From positions 41,106,001 to 41,170,000 of the forward strand of contig JAGIQG010000014.1 in assembly GCA_024679065.1 (NCBI GenBank): DNA of 64,000 nucleotides. Direction: 5' to 3'. The first letter of the stretch is position 1. Each line of letters opens with the position of its first letter. The notes beneath the pieces are model-generated. The model was given only the letters and a program-made list of their open reading frames with translations. It ran no database searches and was not told the DNA's origin. Source of the stretch: Sphyrna mokarran (lineage: Eukaryota). The position numbers were made by a program, and so were the translations under genes. Below, one piece after another: positions 51,006 through 64,000 of the stretch.

Positions 51006-54000
51006 TGTATTTGCATCTGAAATATTAACCTCCCTGTTCTCTTTTGGATAGTGATGTACGTGCTGTTGTCTTCACCATTTGTCCACTATTTTATTTAGAT
51101 TCTTCTGGTAGAATTGGAATCAAGTTTCAATCCCCAGTATTGCCCTGGGCTATATTCTATTTGTAAATTAGTTTGATTCAAATGGAGGAACTTCCCTGTT
51201 TTTTCACAATAAAGGTATAAATTGATTGAAATTATAATCTCCCATAACACCACTCCAGTGTGAATGCAAGAGCCAGTCCAGCCTTTGACTGATTTTTGAC
51301 ATAATCTTGCAACACGTGGCACATTCCAGAATACCTTGACTCAGTCAAATTAGTTGAGAGAGCTATTGGCCCCTATCGATTGAATCAAACCTTGTTTTGG
51401 GCCAATATTAAGTTGTAAATGCACTTGTCTTGCCCTCAAAGTTGTCCTAGCCTCCCTTTATCTGCCAGGTTTTCTGAGGCTAGGATAACTAGGCCTAGTC
51501 CAGATTAAACCCACATCCCGGGAATTGGTTGGCCGTCCCTCACCCACCTGTTCCACTTGCGTTTATAGTGGAAGTGGGTCGATAACGAATGGAGGTCTTG
51601 TTTGCAGTTTTCAAAATTTTTTACATCTCGTCTGTCTCCAACTCTTTTTTGAATAAACTAATTAAACCAAATCAAATAAATTGAGGGATAAAGTAAAAGT
51701 AAAATCAGAGAAATACACATTGGTTGATGAACGTTTGAAAGATCAGTCAAGTTAATGTTTGGCTATAGAAGAGATACTGCATTCAATGGAAACAAATCAC
51801 AAATGCATTTAAAGGCATCAAACTAAAAGATGATCAAAGCAGTTGATAAGGCACCCCTGTCCCTATGGGTCCCAATGGACATGGAAGGTCTCAATGCCAT
51901 CTATGGGGGAACCACATGCTCCCTCTCCAGGTACAGGTCCCCAGTGTTAAGGAGGAGGACTCCTTCATAGAGTTACCTTGCCTGTCTCCAATTCATATAT
52001 TTTTGGGTGGTTCATTTTGCTTGAAATAATCTTCCAATTATTCCAATTCTAATTAAAACTTTGGAGACATGAATCTTTTAAAAGTCTTCTTCCATGTGAA
52101 TGCATTGGAAACTGAGTTTTTGAAATTTAAGAACTGTGCCAAAATATACACATCACTGCCTCATTCACCCAAAAGAACATTTGGCCATTCATGTGAAACT
52201 TGAGGAACATTAATAATTATATCACAAAATTTTCTTTCTTGCTTATGCTCATTAGTTGACCCTTCTCTGTGAAGACTATGTTAGCTAGACATTCTTTCAG
52301 CAGGAGAAGTATTTGCTTCATGTCACTTCTTCTTCTTGGTACGCTGCATTGTCATTACTTGAGGACGATTCTCTCGAGTGCCAATAATCTTTGCACCATT
52401 TCAAGATACAGCATGTCAAACCCAACAACCATTAGTAAAATGGGTCAATGATGTTTTATCATTAGCCAAAAACTCATGTTCCTCAGCCTTTGGATGGAAT
52501 ATTCCACTCCAGGTCTACATCCTGTGGCAAGAAGAGAGTACATTTTCCATTATGGAAAATTCTATTTGAATTCTGCAAGCTGGATTTTCCAGCCACACAC
52601 ACCCCAAGACCAGAAAACCACACCTGAATTGAATGGATCTTTAAGTGGTCCACCAAATTTTTCATCCCGCCAGCTATGGTCTCCATGACGGGCACAATAG
52701 GTAATTTCCAGTTTATATTTTTCAAATTTTATACTGGATAAAAACAACTTAACTGCTAGACAGTGACTCACTGCAGCAAGAAGTTCTGTTTGGGGCATTG
52801 AAGCTTGTGAATTTAATTTTTCATACCTGCTAAGTGTCTTGACAGTTGTGTTGCTGGTGTTAAAAGCTCCTGACGCCATTGTGAGATGGTAACCACTCCA
52901 TTAAAGGCACAGAATGACAAGTGAAAATCCACCCTTATGTGTAGTTGGCAACTGTTTGTTTTCATAGAAACTTCCGAGAATTATCTTTGATTTTATTTAA
53001 ATCAAAAATAAAAAAGATAAAATATCTTTCTAAAAAGAGGGGCATAAAGCACGTAACATGAAAGTATGTATCGTTCTGCTTTGAAGCTTCAGCATTCCTT
53101 GTAAATTATTTTCCTTGTTGGCTCAGACCCATCTACATTGCAAATACTATGTAAAATTGATGTGTTCACTCAAGGATTGTAACTACTGAAGCCTTCAGAG
53201 ATAAAATTTACATTATTGAATGAATATATTACTCCAACTTGCACTGCAAGAGAAAGATCAGTTGTACAACAGCAAAGAATCAATAGGTTCTGATACGTGA
53301 GAGCAGAGAAAGGGCATATTGGAAGAGTTAGAAATTAAGAAGCTGTTTACTTCTGTAATGCCAGGAAAGATTAATCAATTAGCTCTGTGCTTCTCCATTG
53401 GCAAAATATGTATGTGCCATAAAATAAATGAAAAAATTCATGAATAAGTGTAATCTCTTTAAAGGTATGATGACCTGAATGAATGTGATCAACTCCCGTG
53501 AGGCTGTGTCTAATCCAGACATAACACATGGTTACTGGTTCTTGAAGTGGAAATAGGAGATGACTTCCCCTAAAGTTCAAACTATTATTCACAGCAAGAA
53601 CAGATCATGTAGGGTTGGTGTTCCTTTGATTCTATTCCACATATAAGATGTGCTCCTCTCACAGAGGGAGGTAAGCACTAGAAAATCTTGATATAACTTT
53701 GCTGAATTGTTGGTTTCTCCCTTGTTATTTTCAGTTGTCCTTGATGAAACTGAGTTTATTCTGCAAATTAACTTTTGTCTATTAATTGTAAATGATATTC
53801 CCTTGGTAGATACAAGTGACTCCTGTACTGCCAGGCTACTTTTTAAGATATTTTGAGTCTTCAGTCCCACTGAACACACATTCCTTTATCTGAAGCACTT
53901 TGATTTCAGGGATAATATTTTCTTTAGTACCTTTTGTATTAGTCATTTCATAAAGAGAAAGATTACCTTGAGCAATTATTTCCAGAATATTTTTTACAAC

Positions 54001-54230
54001 ATGCTTATGATTTTGTTCAAAAGTGTGAACATAGAAAATCTTCTCTTGTGTTGAAGATGTCACCAGCAGTAATCACCAGAAAAGAATTTGCTTGGAAATA
54101 TACAAACGCATCAAGTTGAGTTATCCTGTTACCGGGTGAATAGTGACAGAGCAGCAATACTTCACATCAGTGTGAATCTATAATCCACAGCTCTCCTTCA
54201 GTGGGCTTCTCAGCATCTGAACAACTATAG

Positions 54231-56143
54231 AACAAGAACAAAGAACAAAGAACAAAACAGCACGGGAAACAGGCCCTTCGGCCCAACGAGCCCGTGCCGC
54301 CATCCTGATGTTTCCACCTCTATCTGTGATCCCTGTCTATGTTTATAGATCTATGGATTGAAAACCAAATTTGAGACAATTTAGGGAGAATTTGTTTTCC
54401 CAATTAGCCTAAGAGCACATCTTTGGGATGTGGGAGGAAACTGGAGCACCCAGAGAAAACCTACGCAAGCACGGGGAGAATGCGTAAACTCCCACAGACA
54501 GAGGCCCAAATCCATGTATCTGCACAGCATAGCGATAGTCACTGAGCTGTCGTGTTGCCCATCAAATGGTCCAGGTCAAGTGTACACTACTGATGTGAAG
54601 CACTAGGATACTCTCGAACAAAAAAATCCAAGAGCAGCCCTCTCACAATCCATCGTGTATATGCCCCTTGTTAGACAACAAGGTGGACCAGAACACCTGT
54701 AGGATAAAAACAAGTACATCAATATCATCGTCTATTTACACACTTCCCAGGGACTCCCAAGGCTCATGATCCCTATTTTAAATCAGTTTTCTATACCCCT
54801 CCATTCCCATTCTGTTCATGTGCCCATCTAAGTATTTCTTAAATAACTCCAGAGTACCTGCCTCCACCACTTTACTTGGCAGCGCATTCCATACCTCCAC
54901 CACCCTCTGTGTGAAAAAACTCCCTCTAGCATCCAAATTATACCTTACCCCCCTCACCCTAAGCCCATGACCCCTTGTGCTATTCGAGTCCATCCTAGGA
55001 AAAAGCTTAACCCTGTTTACTTTATCTATTCCCCTCATAATCTTGTACACCTCTATTAGATCTCCTCTAAGTCTATGTCTTTCTAAGGAAAACAGTCCTA
55101 ATTTGCCTAACCTCTCCTTGTAACTCAGACCTTCCATACTGGGCAGCATCCTGGTAAACCTCCTCTGCACTCTCTCCAGAATCTCCACGTCCTTCCGGTC
55201 GTAAGGCGACCAGAACTGGACGCAATATTCCAAATGAAGTCTAACCAACGTTTTATACAACTGCAACGTTAAAGGCCAGCTCTTGTACTCTACATCCCTT
55301 CCTATAAAAGCTAGCATACCATATGCTTTCTTCACAACCTTCTCCACTTGCTCTGCCACCTTCAGAGACTTGTTCACCTGCACCCCCAGGTCTCTCTGCA
55401 TTTCTATACTCTTAACAGGTCTACCCTTTATCATATACTCTGCCTATATCCTTTCTCCTGAAATGCATCATCTCACACTTATCAGGATTGAATTCTATCT
55501 GCCATCTATCTGCCCAAGCTACCTGCTTATCTATGTCCTGCTGCATCGCCTGACAATGCTCCTCACTATCTGCAAGTCCAGCAATCTTTGTATCGTCTGC
55601 AAACTTGCTGATCACTCCACTTACTCCCTCTTCCAAGTCATTTATATACATTACAAATAGAAGAAGTCCCAGTACCGCGCCCTGCGGCACACCACTAGTG
55701 ACCGACCTCCAGCTAGAAAAACACCCTTCCACTACAACTTCCACTATTACTCTCTGTCTCCTATTACTAAGCCAGTTACTTATCCATCTAACTACTTGTC
55801 CTTGTATCCCATGAGCCTTAACCTTCTCAACTAACCTCCCATGTGGGACTTTGTCAAAAACCTTACTGAAATCCATACAGACGACATCAACGGCTCGCCC
55901 TTCGTCCACCGTTTTCGTCAGCTGCTCAAAAAATTCTACCAGATTTGTAAGGCACAATCTCCCCTTAACAAATCCATGCTGCGTATCCCTAATCAGATCG
56001 CAACGCTCTAAATGCCTATACATCCTATCTCTAAAAATCCCCTCCAACAGCTTCCCTACCACTGACGTCAAACTCACCAGCCTATAATTCCCAGGGTTAT
56101 CCCTACTACCCTTTTTAAACAATGGTACAACATTAGCTGTTCT
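54231..56143 (-). mobile_element. Young 5'-truncated CR1/HER1 LINE with long SINE-containing 3' UTR
   Basis: RT and C-terminus lie in two ORFs (55421-56122 and 54778-55434) separated by one frameshift: GNYRLVSLTS, QHGFVKG, DFSKVFDKVPH, GVPQGAVLG, KFADD; (ttctttg)n tail. Confidence 0.95.
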
Positions 56144-56289
56144 AATAATCCACTGAATTGTTTCACTTTTGGGAAAAAGATAACCATTGTTCTGATGCTG
56201 CCTTTAAAAACCTTCAGTCAGCTGATGGTCAGTTTCAAAGCAGCAGGAACAGAGCCAAGGGCAACACACTAAATTAGCAATTCTTATGA

Positions 56290-56790
56290 GAATATAAGGA
56301 TGTGGAGGCTTAGGAGGAGATACAAAAAAAATTACTAGAATGTTACTTGGTATGGAGGGCATTATCTATAGGACACGTTGGAGAAACTTGATTTGTTCTC
56401 ACTGGAACAACAGAGATTGAGGGGTGACCTGATAGAAGTCTACAAGATTATGAGAGATGTGGACAGAGTGGATAGTCAGAAGCTTTTTCCTAGGATGGAA
56501 GATTCAAATGTAGGGGTCACAAGTTTAAAGTGTGAAGGACAAAGTTTAGAGAAGATGTATGAGGCAGATTTTTTACAGAGAGTAGTGGGTGCCTGGAACT
56601 CGTCGTGGATGTAGTGGAAGCGGATACGGTAGTGATTTTTAAGATGCTTCTTGATAAATACATGAATAGGCTGGGAATAGAGGGAAGAATAGGGATTTTA
56701 GTTCAGTCAGGCAGCATGGTCAGTGAAGGCTTGGAGGGTCAAAGGGCCTGTTCCTGAGTTGTAATTTTTTTTGTCCTTTGTTCTTGGTCT
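56290..56790 (+). mobile_element. CR1 LINE 3' end
   Basis: LDLFSLEQQRLRGDLIEVYKIMR...QRVVGAWNS; ttgtcctttgttct tail. Confidence 0.85.
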
Positions 56791-57249
56791 TTGCTCATAT
56801 ATAAAAAAACCTGCCAGTGACTTCTACTCATAATTCATTCTGTATTTATCAAGGCAGCTTACTGACCATTTACTAAATTAGTTATTTTGGCCAAAGAGAG
56901 CAAACAGGTGCTAAATGGGAACTGTGTTAATAAGAAATGCCTGTGTGAAAGTCTGGATTTAACAGACAGTTTTTAAGCTAATTGATAACGATTATGATGC
57001 ATAGCCCTCAAATGCTGCTTCCATTCATTTCCCAAGAGTGGTATTTGTAGCCTGAAATCACTTACTTGCACTGCAAGTCTGGAATGTGACAGTGGCAGTG
57101 TGATAGTGGGAGTGGGAGTGCAATGGTGGGAGATAGATAGAGAGAAATATATTCTTATTAATAAACATCCCTTACTGGTGAGGATGATTGTCTTCCCTTA
57201 GGCCAATGGTGGTTAATGGCAGATTCTAAATCTGCAGACTTTATGGAAG

Positions 57250-58330
57250 CAGTGTCCCACATGGTCTGCCACATCCTTGTTCAGTCCTAGGAATTGACAT
57301 CAATGTTTCATTTCCTTCGTTTGGCTATTCAGTACATCCTTGAAGCACTTGTAACTTCCTCAGAGGCATCTGCCCGCACTGCACTTGGAGAAAAAGACCT
57401 GTTTTGGGAACTTGGCATCTGACATCCAAATTGTATGATCACCCCTACAAAGCGATGGAGGCTGATTATAACCTTGATGTTTGTGAGAGGGTGCTGACAT
57501 TAGTGTGTCTTTGAAATCATATCATAGAAACCCTACTGTACAAAAAGAGACCATTTGGCCCATCAAGTCTGCCCCGACCACAATCCCACCCAGATCCTAC
57601 CTTCATGTCCCAATGTATTTACCCATTAATCGCTCTAACTTACGCATCTTAGGACAATTAAAGGCAATTTTAGCATGGCCAATCTATCTAACCCACACAT
57701 CTTTGGACTGTGGAGGAAACCAGGGCACCCAGAGGAAACCCACACAGACACGAGGAGAATGAGTAAACTCCACACAGACAATGAACAAAGCCAGGAATCA
57801 AACCCAGGTTGCTGGAGCTGTGCTAACCACTGTGCTACCGTGCCGTCCTCCCAGTTAGATATTCTGCAGGCAGCATTGATGGTATGACTCCAATGTTTTG
57901 AGGTGCCTCCTGGACATTGTCCATGTTTCAGCACCACATTTTAAGGAAGGGATTACCACCTCATGGGAAACCGTGAGCTTGGTTTTGGTTTTGATGTTGT
58001 CATTTTCAGACACTCACTTCCTGAGGTGGCCAAAGGCTGCATTAACAGATTTTAGGCAATACTCCATTTCTACGTCAATGTCAGCCTTCCGTATAAGGTA
58101 GCTTCTACGGCACTGGAAATGTGTCACAATTTCCAGGCACTCATCATGAATCCTAATCAAAGGAGTTAGATGTGTGCATTTGGAGCTTGCTGATGGAGGA
58201 CTGGTTTTCTCAATGTTGAGTATAAGTCCCATCTTCTCCTGTGCCTGAGTGTGGAGATCTGTTTCCTGCAGCACAACAGCACACTTCTGAGGTTTTTTCA
58301 CCTTAATTATTAGTTGCGACACAAGGAGCA
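57250..58330 (-). mobile_element. RTE-clade LINE remnant interrupted by a SINE
   Basis: MGLILNIEKT...IHDECLEIVTHF...RKADIDVEMEYCLKSVNAAFGHLRK...NIKTKTKL, the RTE RT C-terminal pattern. Confidence 0.7.
57517..57848 (-). mobile_element. V-SINE (HE1-like)
   Basis: Reverse head acggcacggtagcacagtggttagcac, V domain and tail. Confidence 0.88.
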
Positions 58331-58534
58331 TTCTCTGTAATCTAGAAGTCAGCCTTATAAAATTATGTTGGGGTTCAGTGGGATGAACATATCAACATAT
58401 TATGACAGCTTCTCAGACAATGGACATTTACCAGCAGATAACTATCAGTAGCTCCACATAAGCAGCTCAATCAGGGAAGTAGATTCACTTCCTGCCCCTG
58501 AACATGTCAGATTTTAAGTAGGAGAATTTCTAAA

Positions 58535-58890
58535 TTTGATTTGATTTATTATTGTCACATGTATTAACATACAGTGAAAAGTATTGTTTCTTGCGTGCTA
58601 TACAGACAAAGCATACTATTCATTGTGAAGGAAAGGAGAGAGTGCAGAATGTAGTGTTACAGTCATTCCTACAGTGTAGAGAAAGATCAACTTAGTGTAA
58701 GATAAGTCCATTCAAAAGTCTGATGGCAGCAGGAAAGAAGCTGTTCTTGAGTTAGTTGATACGTGACCTTTGTATCGTTTTCCCAATGGAAGAAGGTGGA
58801 AGAGAGTATGCCCAGGGTGAACAGGATCCTTAATTATGCTCGCTGCTTTTCCAAGAAGCGAGAAGTGTAGACAGAGTAGACGGATGAGAG
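58535..58890 (-). mobile_element. Rex1/Babar LINE 3' UTR fragment
   Basis: Matches 2020-2380 and 25570-25925. Confidence 0.8.
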
Positions 58891-59089
58891 GCTGTGTAGT
58901 AGTGGCGCCTGTTCGGGTACACTGAGGAAGAATTTAGCATAGTCAATGCATCTAACTAGCACGTCTTTTGGACTGTGGGAGGAAACCAGAACATCCGAAG
59001 GAAACCCATGCAGACATGGGGAGAACATGCAGACTCCGCACAATCAGTGAACAAAACTGGGAATTGAACCCAAGCCACTGTGCTGAGAG

Positions 59090-60570
59090 ACCATTTGACC
59101 AAAGATACCAAGACACAGTCAGATGCCATTCAGATCTGTGAACCTCTGAAATTTCTGTGTAATAAAAACATCTTAATCAACATGATTCCTACAATCCTGT
59201 CAAATCTGAGTACCCTCTACCACTAGGAATGAGATACAGTCAGTTGTCAGAGCTTAGAAAGTCACAATGCCACCACCTCACACCTCAATTCCCACCATTC
59301 CTTATCCAACAGGGCAAGATTGTCAGAAGTGACAGCCTGAAACACAACTGATAAATTAAATGCTACTGTGACTTTGACTGGTCTTTGGTCATGTAAATGA
59401 AGGAATGGTTGAAGACTGACTGGAAAGGGTTTCTTGCTGAGAGCTCTCCTACAGCAGTTGGTGCTGCCTTTCCTAGCCTCATCTCATCCTCCAAATTCTC
59501 ATGCATGCCAAGAACAACCTCAAGCAAAATGCCCAAAATGGAAATATGCCTTCCTGCTGTTGACTCCTGCAAGATCCAGTAACACATCACTCAGTCTTCA
59601 TGTGAAAAATTGAGAAAATATTCAGGAAGAACAGGTGAACGTTGGTGAAATCTTAACAAACATCAGCTACAGGTTGATCCTGCATTCATGGGATGGTTCC
59701 CTTGCTTGGATGTGATCCACATGTTTGCGGACTACTTGTTCTCAACTTAAACTCAATCACAATGGGCCCCTTTTTGAAATTATGGATTCCAGAGTCCAGT
59801 GTGGTCAACTTCCAAAGTCCTGTACGTACACAGGGTGGCCTACATTGAACGTATGAGCCTTGCTATGCTTAACGTGGTTTTGTTTCTGATTACTTTCTTT
59901 CTGCGTCACCCTCCCCTCCAAGTTGGGAAATAGCAAATCCAGACATGTAGATAGATAATGTTTCCTCAGCAGTCCTATAGGCATAGAGTGACACAGCTCT
60001 AGTAACTGTCTTTGATGTTGTGTGGTAATCCAAGAGGAATTTGGAAAGACAAGATTCCAAAGTGCACCTGGGCAACTTTTTCCTATAAGGATCTGGAAAG
60101 CTCTTTCAGAAAGTTTATTTATTAGCGTCACAAGTAGGTTTACATTTCCACTGTAATGACGTTATTGTGAAAATACCCTAGGTGCCACACTCCGGCATTT
60201 GTTCGAGTATTGAGGGAGAATTTAGCATGATCAGTACACCTAACCAGCACGTCATTAGGACTGTGGGAGGAAACCAGAGCACCCAGAGGGGAAAAGGGGA
60301 AAATGTGCAGACTCTGAATAGAAAGTGACCCAAGATGGGGATCCAACCTGGGTCTCCAGTGCTGTGTAGCAGCAGTGCTAAGAACTGTGCCACTATGCAG
60401 AAAGATCATTTGACCAAAGATACAAAAAGACAGTCAGATGCTATTCAGGTCCGTACATCTCTGAAATTCTGCGCTGGTGTAAGCTGTTCCATTGCCAGAG
60501 ACAATGACCTCAAGCAACCCATGTACACTAGAAGAGTGACACAGCTTTTCAACAGTTGTAGCTGATGTTA
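59090..60570 (-). mobile_element. Gypsy integrase remnant with inserted SINE
   Basis: SNDL|SERAFQIL...LSTCLDLLFPNLEGRVTQK...TFNVGHPVYVQDFG; the SINE at 60114-60397 is flanked by a cagaaag duplication (60107-60113 and 60398-60404). Confidence 0.7.
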
Positions 60571-62059
60571 GCATCTTTACTTTTAGGCATGATGGTTACA
60601 ATGCTGCCTCACAGTGCCAGGGTCCTAGGTTGAATTCCAGCTCTAAGGCTCTAAGGAGAGTTTGAAATACTGAAAGTCTTGCTTAGTCCTGTTCAGTTGG
60701 TTGCTATTAAGAGCGTTTGTTAAATGAAGTATGACCTACCAAAATGGCATGCAGCTTCTCTAATCAACATCATAAGCAACTTAATTGTCAAATATTCCCT
60801 TCACAGTTTGCCAATCGTTCCCAGCGTGCAGTCCAAATCCTTTAATAACCTGTTCTCTTGCCCTAAATGTGGGTTAAACTAGCATTGCAACTGATGACCC
60901 CACATTGACCATCTTTATCCCTAGTATCTAAACTAATACGTTAAAATAATTCCTGAATGTTGTCAACATTCTAACTTCTCAGGAACAAATTTATTTTTCT
61001 CGAAACAGTTAACCACTTCGATGGGATCTTTTTCAATTTTTTTATGCTAATTTCTTAGTATACTTAAGTTATGTTCAGTCTAGTCAGCAAAAACTAGCTG
61101 AACATCAAAGCTTTTCAAAGGATTTGGCTCATCTCACATTCCTTAAAATCAGTGTTTTTTTTGTTTGAAAATCTAAAAGTACTTATTGTCCTTGTATATT
61201 ATTGATATATTTCCAGTATCCTGGAGTGAATCTGAAAATGGATATGCGTCACAACTGAAGTTAAAAGTTTTATTTAATCTACAGTCATACTTCAGAATGT
61301 AGTATGCGAATAGAGGAGTTAAAGAAAGGACAATGTTTGATATGAGCTTAGGAAGTTTCACTTTCTCACTCTCTAGTGACCACTCAAAGTAAATCAAGGA
61401 CAATAATTTTCAGTCTGCAATTTGCATCCTTTATCTGCAAGCAGAAAAAGGAATGTCTGTTGCAATTAAGAAGTGAGGGGAGGGAAGTAATTTTCGCATC
61501 CCACCCACCACAGGAATTGGAGTGGTGAGGGTGAGGTGGGTAAGAGCATGCAAAGGTACATTGACCTCAGGTAGAATTTTCCACTTCTGGGGCGAGTGTG
61601 GCAGAAAATCCCACCCATGAAGTCTATCATTCTTTCATTCATTATGCAGAATATAAAGCTTCCCAAAAGTGAAACAAATTTGCAGTAAACAACTAACAAA
61701 AAATAGTAATTAGCACCTCAGGATATAAATGCATCTAAAACAAAAATTATTGTTTTGAATTGCAGAAGTGATTGGAAGAATTAAACAATACGATCCTCGT
61801 TCCCCCTGCCTTTCTAACTAGAGTGGTGTGCTGTTGGTTTTGTGGAAAGATATGCAGCAAGGATTATTACCTCCTTACTAGTTCAATGGATGGTAAAGGA
61901 AGTGGCTGGTTTTAGAGACATTGTCTGGAGTGTCGGGAAGATTCCTGTGACATTAAAGGTGAGATTTGCAGTACGCTGCAGATGGTTGATCATCCTTGCA
62001 TTTTATTTGTAAGCTGATGACATCAACGAGTTGTGGATTCCTCAGGCTTTTTTGATGTA

Positions 62060-62185
62060 ATTATTTTGATGAAAGGTCACAGACCTGAAATTCTAACTGT
62101 ATTTCTCTTTCCATGGTTGCTATCAGACCTGCTGAGTATTTCCAGCACTTTTAGATTTTCAGCATTCACATCATTTTGCCTTTCT
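62060..62185 (+). mobile_element. PLE pLTR tail remnant with degenerate hammerhead
   Basis: TTGATGA-a-aggtc(aca)gacct-GAAA followed by ...cagacctgctgagtatttccagcac. Confidence 0.6.
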
Positions 62186-62644
62186 AACATACTCTTGTAG
62201 TTAACATCTTAACAGTAAATGGGAAGGGGTGAGGAGGAGATAATACCTGCTGCAACTCTACACCTTCTGAACTGCTACAGCCCCTTATCCCAATACACTG
62301 TAGTCAATTGCCAATTACTGTTAAATCCAGGCTTATAGTCACAAAGCTTTAATTCTATGAACAGTTAGTCCTTGACAATTACTTCTTATTCTTTGCATTT
62401 ATAATCATCATGTTTATGCCAGCTCTGAAATGCATTTTTACGTGCATTAGATATTGCACAATACTGTATTGGTTGAACCATGGCTTGAAAAACTTCACAC
62501 TACTTTCTTTGCAACATTTTGCTAGTACTTAATGGCCAGAGTACAAGTGATTAATCTGATGCCACCATTTGCTATTTGTCTTATCATTTTATAATTGTAT
62601 GCATATCAACATTTTCACAACATGAAAAGAGGAATGTCAGTCAT

Positions 62645-62945
62645 CATAGAATCACAGAAACCCTGCATTACAGAAGGAAACCCATTCGGCCCATTGCGTC
62701 TGCACTAACAACAATCCCACCCCAGGCCCTATCCCCACAACCTCACACATTTACCCCGTTAACCAAAACATCCTGGGACACAAAGGGCAATTTAGCATGG
62801 CCAATCAATCTAACATGCATATCTTTGGAGGAAACCGGGGCACCAGGAAGAAATCCACGCAGACAAGGGAAGAAATGTGGACTTCACACAAACAGTGACC
62901 CAAACCAGGAACTGAACCCAAGTCCCTGGAGTTGTGAGGCCATGG
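62645..62945 (-). mobile_element. V-SINE (HE1-like)
   Basis: catagaatcacagaaaccc tail, V domain and B box in reverse orientation. Confidence 0.85.
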
Positions 62946-64000
62946 GTATCATGGCGTTGCTGTTGAAACAAAACGTGGACTGATTTTCTCTTCACTACAT
63001 AAATTTCTTTAAAGCTTCTCCTCCAGTTGTTTTATTTTGTTATAGTGTTACATTTTTGAAATGTGCCCACAGCATTATTTTCCTTCACAAATAAAGATTC
63101 TAGCAGCCCTGTGAAAGGTCCCAATAGTTTTGTCAGGTCTTTGAATTTCTGTTGGTCTCTCAGCAGCATCTTATTCACATATCTTTCTTGTTGATATTTT
63201 GGAGGAGTTTCTCAGGCATTGTGACAGGAATCAGCATGCTGTACTGGATTCCAAAATCAGTGAAGGTACAGGCCTGAAGCACGAAACCTTTACGCTGGAT
63301 TTGCGTTGTGCTCTAACCAGGCCACAACTTGAACCTTGTGCTTAATCATGGCAGGGAGCACAAGGGAAACCTTTGGAAGTAAAACAAAGAATGACCACAA
63401 AGCTAAAGCCACGCATTGGAGAACTAAGTTATGAGGGAAATTTAAAAAAGTCATATGAAAGGTTACAAAATCCCAATGGTTTAATAGGACATGAGTCTAG
63501 CTGGGTGGAGCTGAGGAGTTAATGAGGAATTACAAAAATTTACGGAGGAGAGGCTTCGCAATTTATTTATATTTTGCTCTCAGTTCTTCTGGAAATGATA
63601 TTATATAAATGGGAATCAAATGAAAAATTTAAACCACAATAACAAGTCCCAGGTCCCGTTATATCCATTATTGATCTGATCATATCACTACTATTACTGT
63701 AAGATAAGGATAAGTCAGGCAATTGAAGCAGCTTTATGCTATAATATTAAACGTGAGTTGCTATGTTTCATAGTGATGTTAGAAAAAGGTGTAGGACTTT
63801 ATTTTGGATTGGGTTTTTGCAAGGAAATAGTTTTGCTTGTTATCCTGGTGACTCCAAACTTCATTTTGAAAGTTGATCTTGGAACAGATTCAATTAAAGC
63901 AACCCATTTTCTTACATTCTAGCATAACGTTAATATCTCGTTCACCAGGACAGCCATTGCATCACATTAGACACAAGAACAAGGCAGTTGAATGAAAAGA

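Noticed and set aside
53968-54090. Minus-strand exon bounded by ccaag| and |gtaatc
   Set aside because: All three frames contain stops.
61173-61440. Minus-strand exon after the ctttttctgcttgcag acceptor
   Set aside because: Frames from the acceptor stop within 17 codons; no recognisable product.

Overview
Eukaryotic, repeat-rich genomic DNA. The repeat families resemble those of sharks (HE1/V-type tRNA SINEs, HER1/CR1 LINEs), so this is probably an elasmobranch intron or intergenic region; this is recognition from memory, not a database result. No host gene can be called with confidence, and almost all short ORFs in the track are transposon debris or chance. The window holds many CR1, Rex1/Babar, RTE and L2-type LINE fragments, SINEs, two Gypsy integrase relics, two PIF/Harbinger nuclease relics and several GC-rich MITE-like elements. 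The most informative signal is a set of Penelope-like elements (PLEs). (i) A young Neptune-type PLE at 46650-49076 has an uninterrupted but 5'-truncated RT + GIY-YIG frame, about 525-bp inverted arms and a 12-bp TSD. (ii) A roughly 500-bp foldback mini-element at 38573-39064 joins the apparent first 30 codons of the PLE ORF directly to the hammerhead-bearing pLTR; it looks like a non-autonomous, retrozyme-like derivative and has its own 12-bp TSD. (iii) An older foldback at 27409-28541 has a third 12-bp TSD. (iv) Minimal hammerhead ribozyme motifs show stem covariation across copies. Also notable are a young CR1 LINE family whose 3' UTR contains a SINE-derived (V-domain) module, seen in three copies, an AT-rich hairpin at about 36.9 kb, and two unexplained unique stretches. 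Boundaries of old repeats are approximate.
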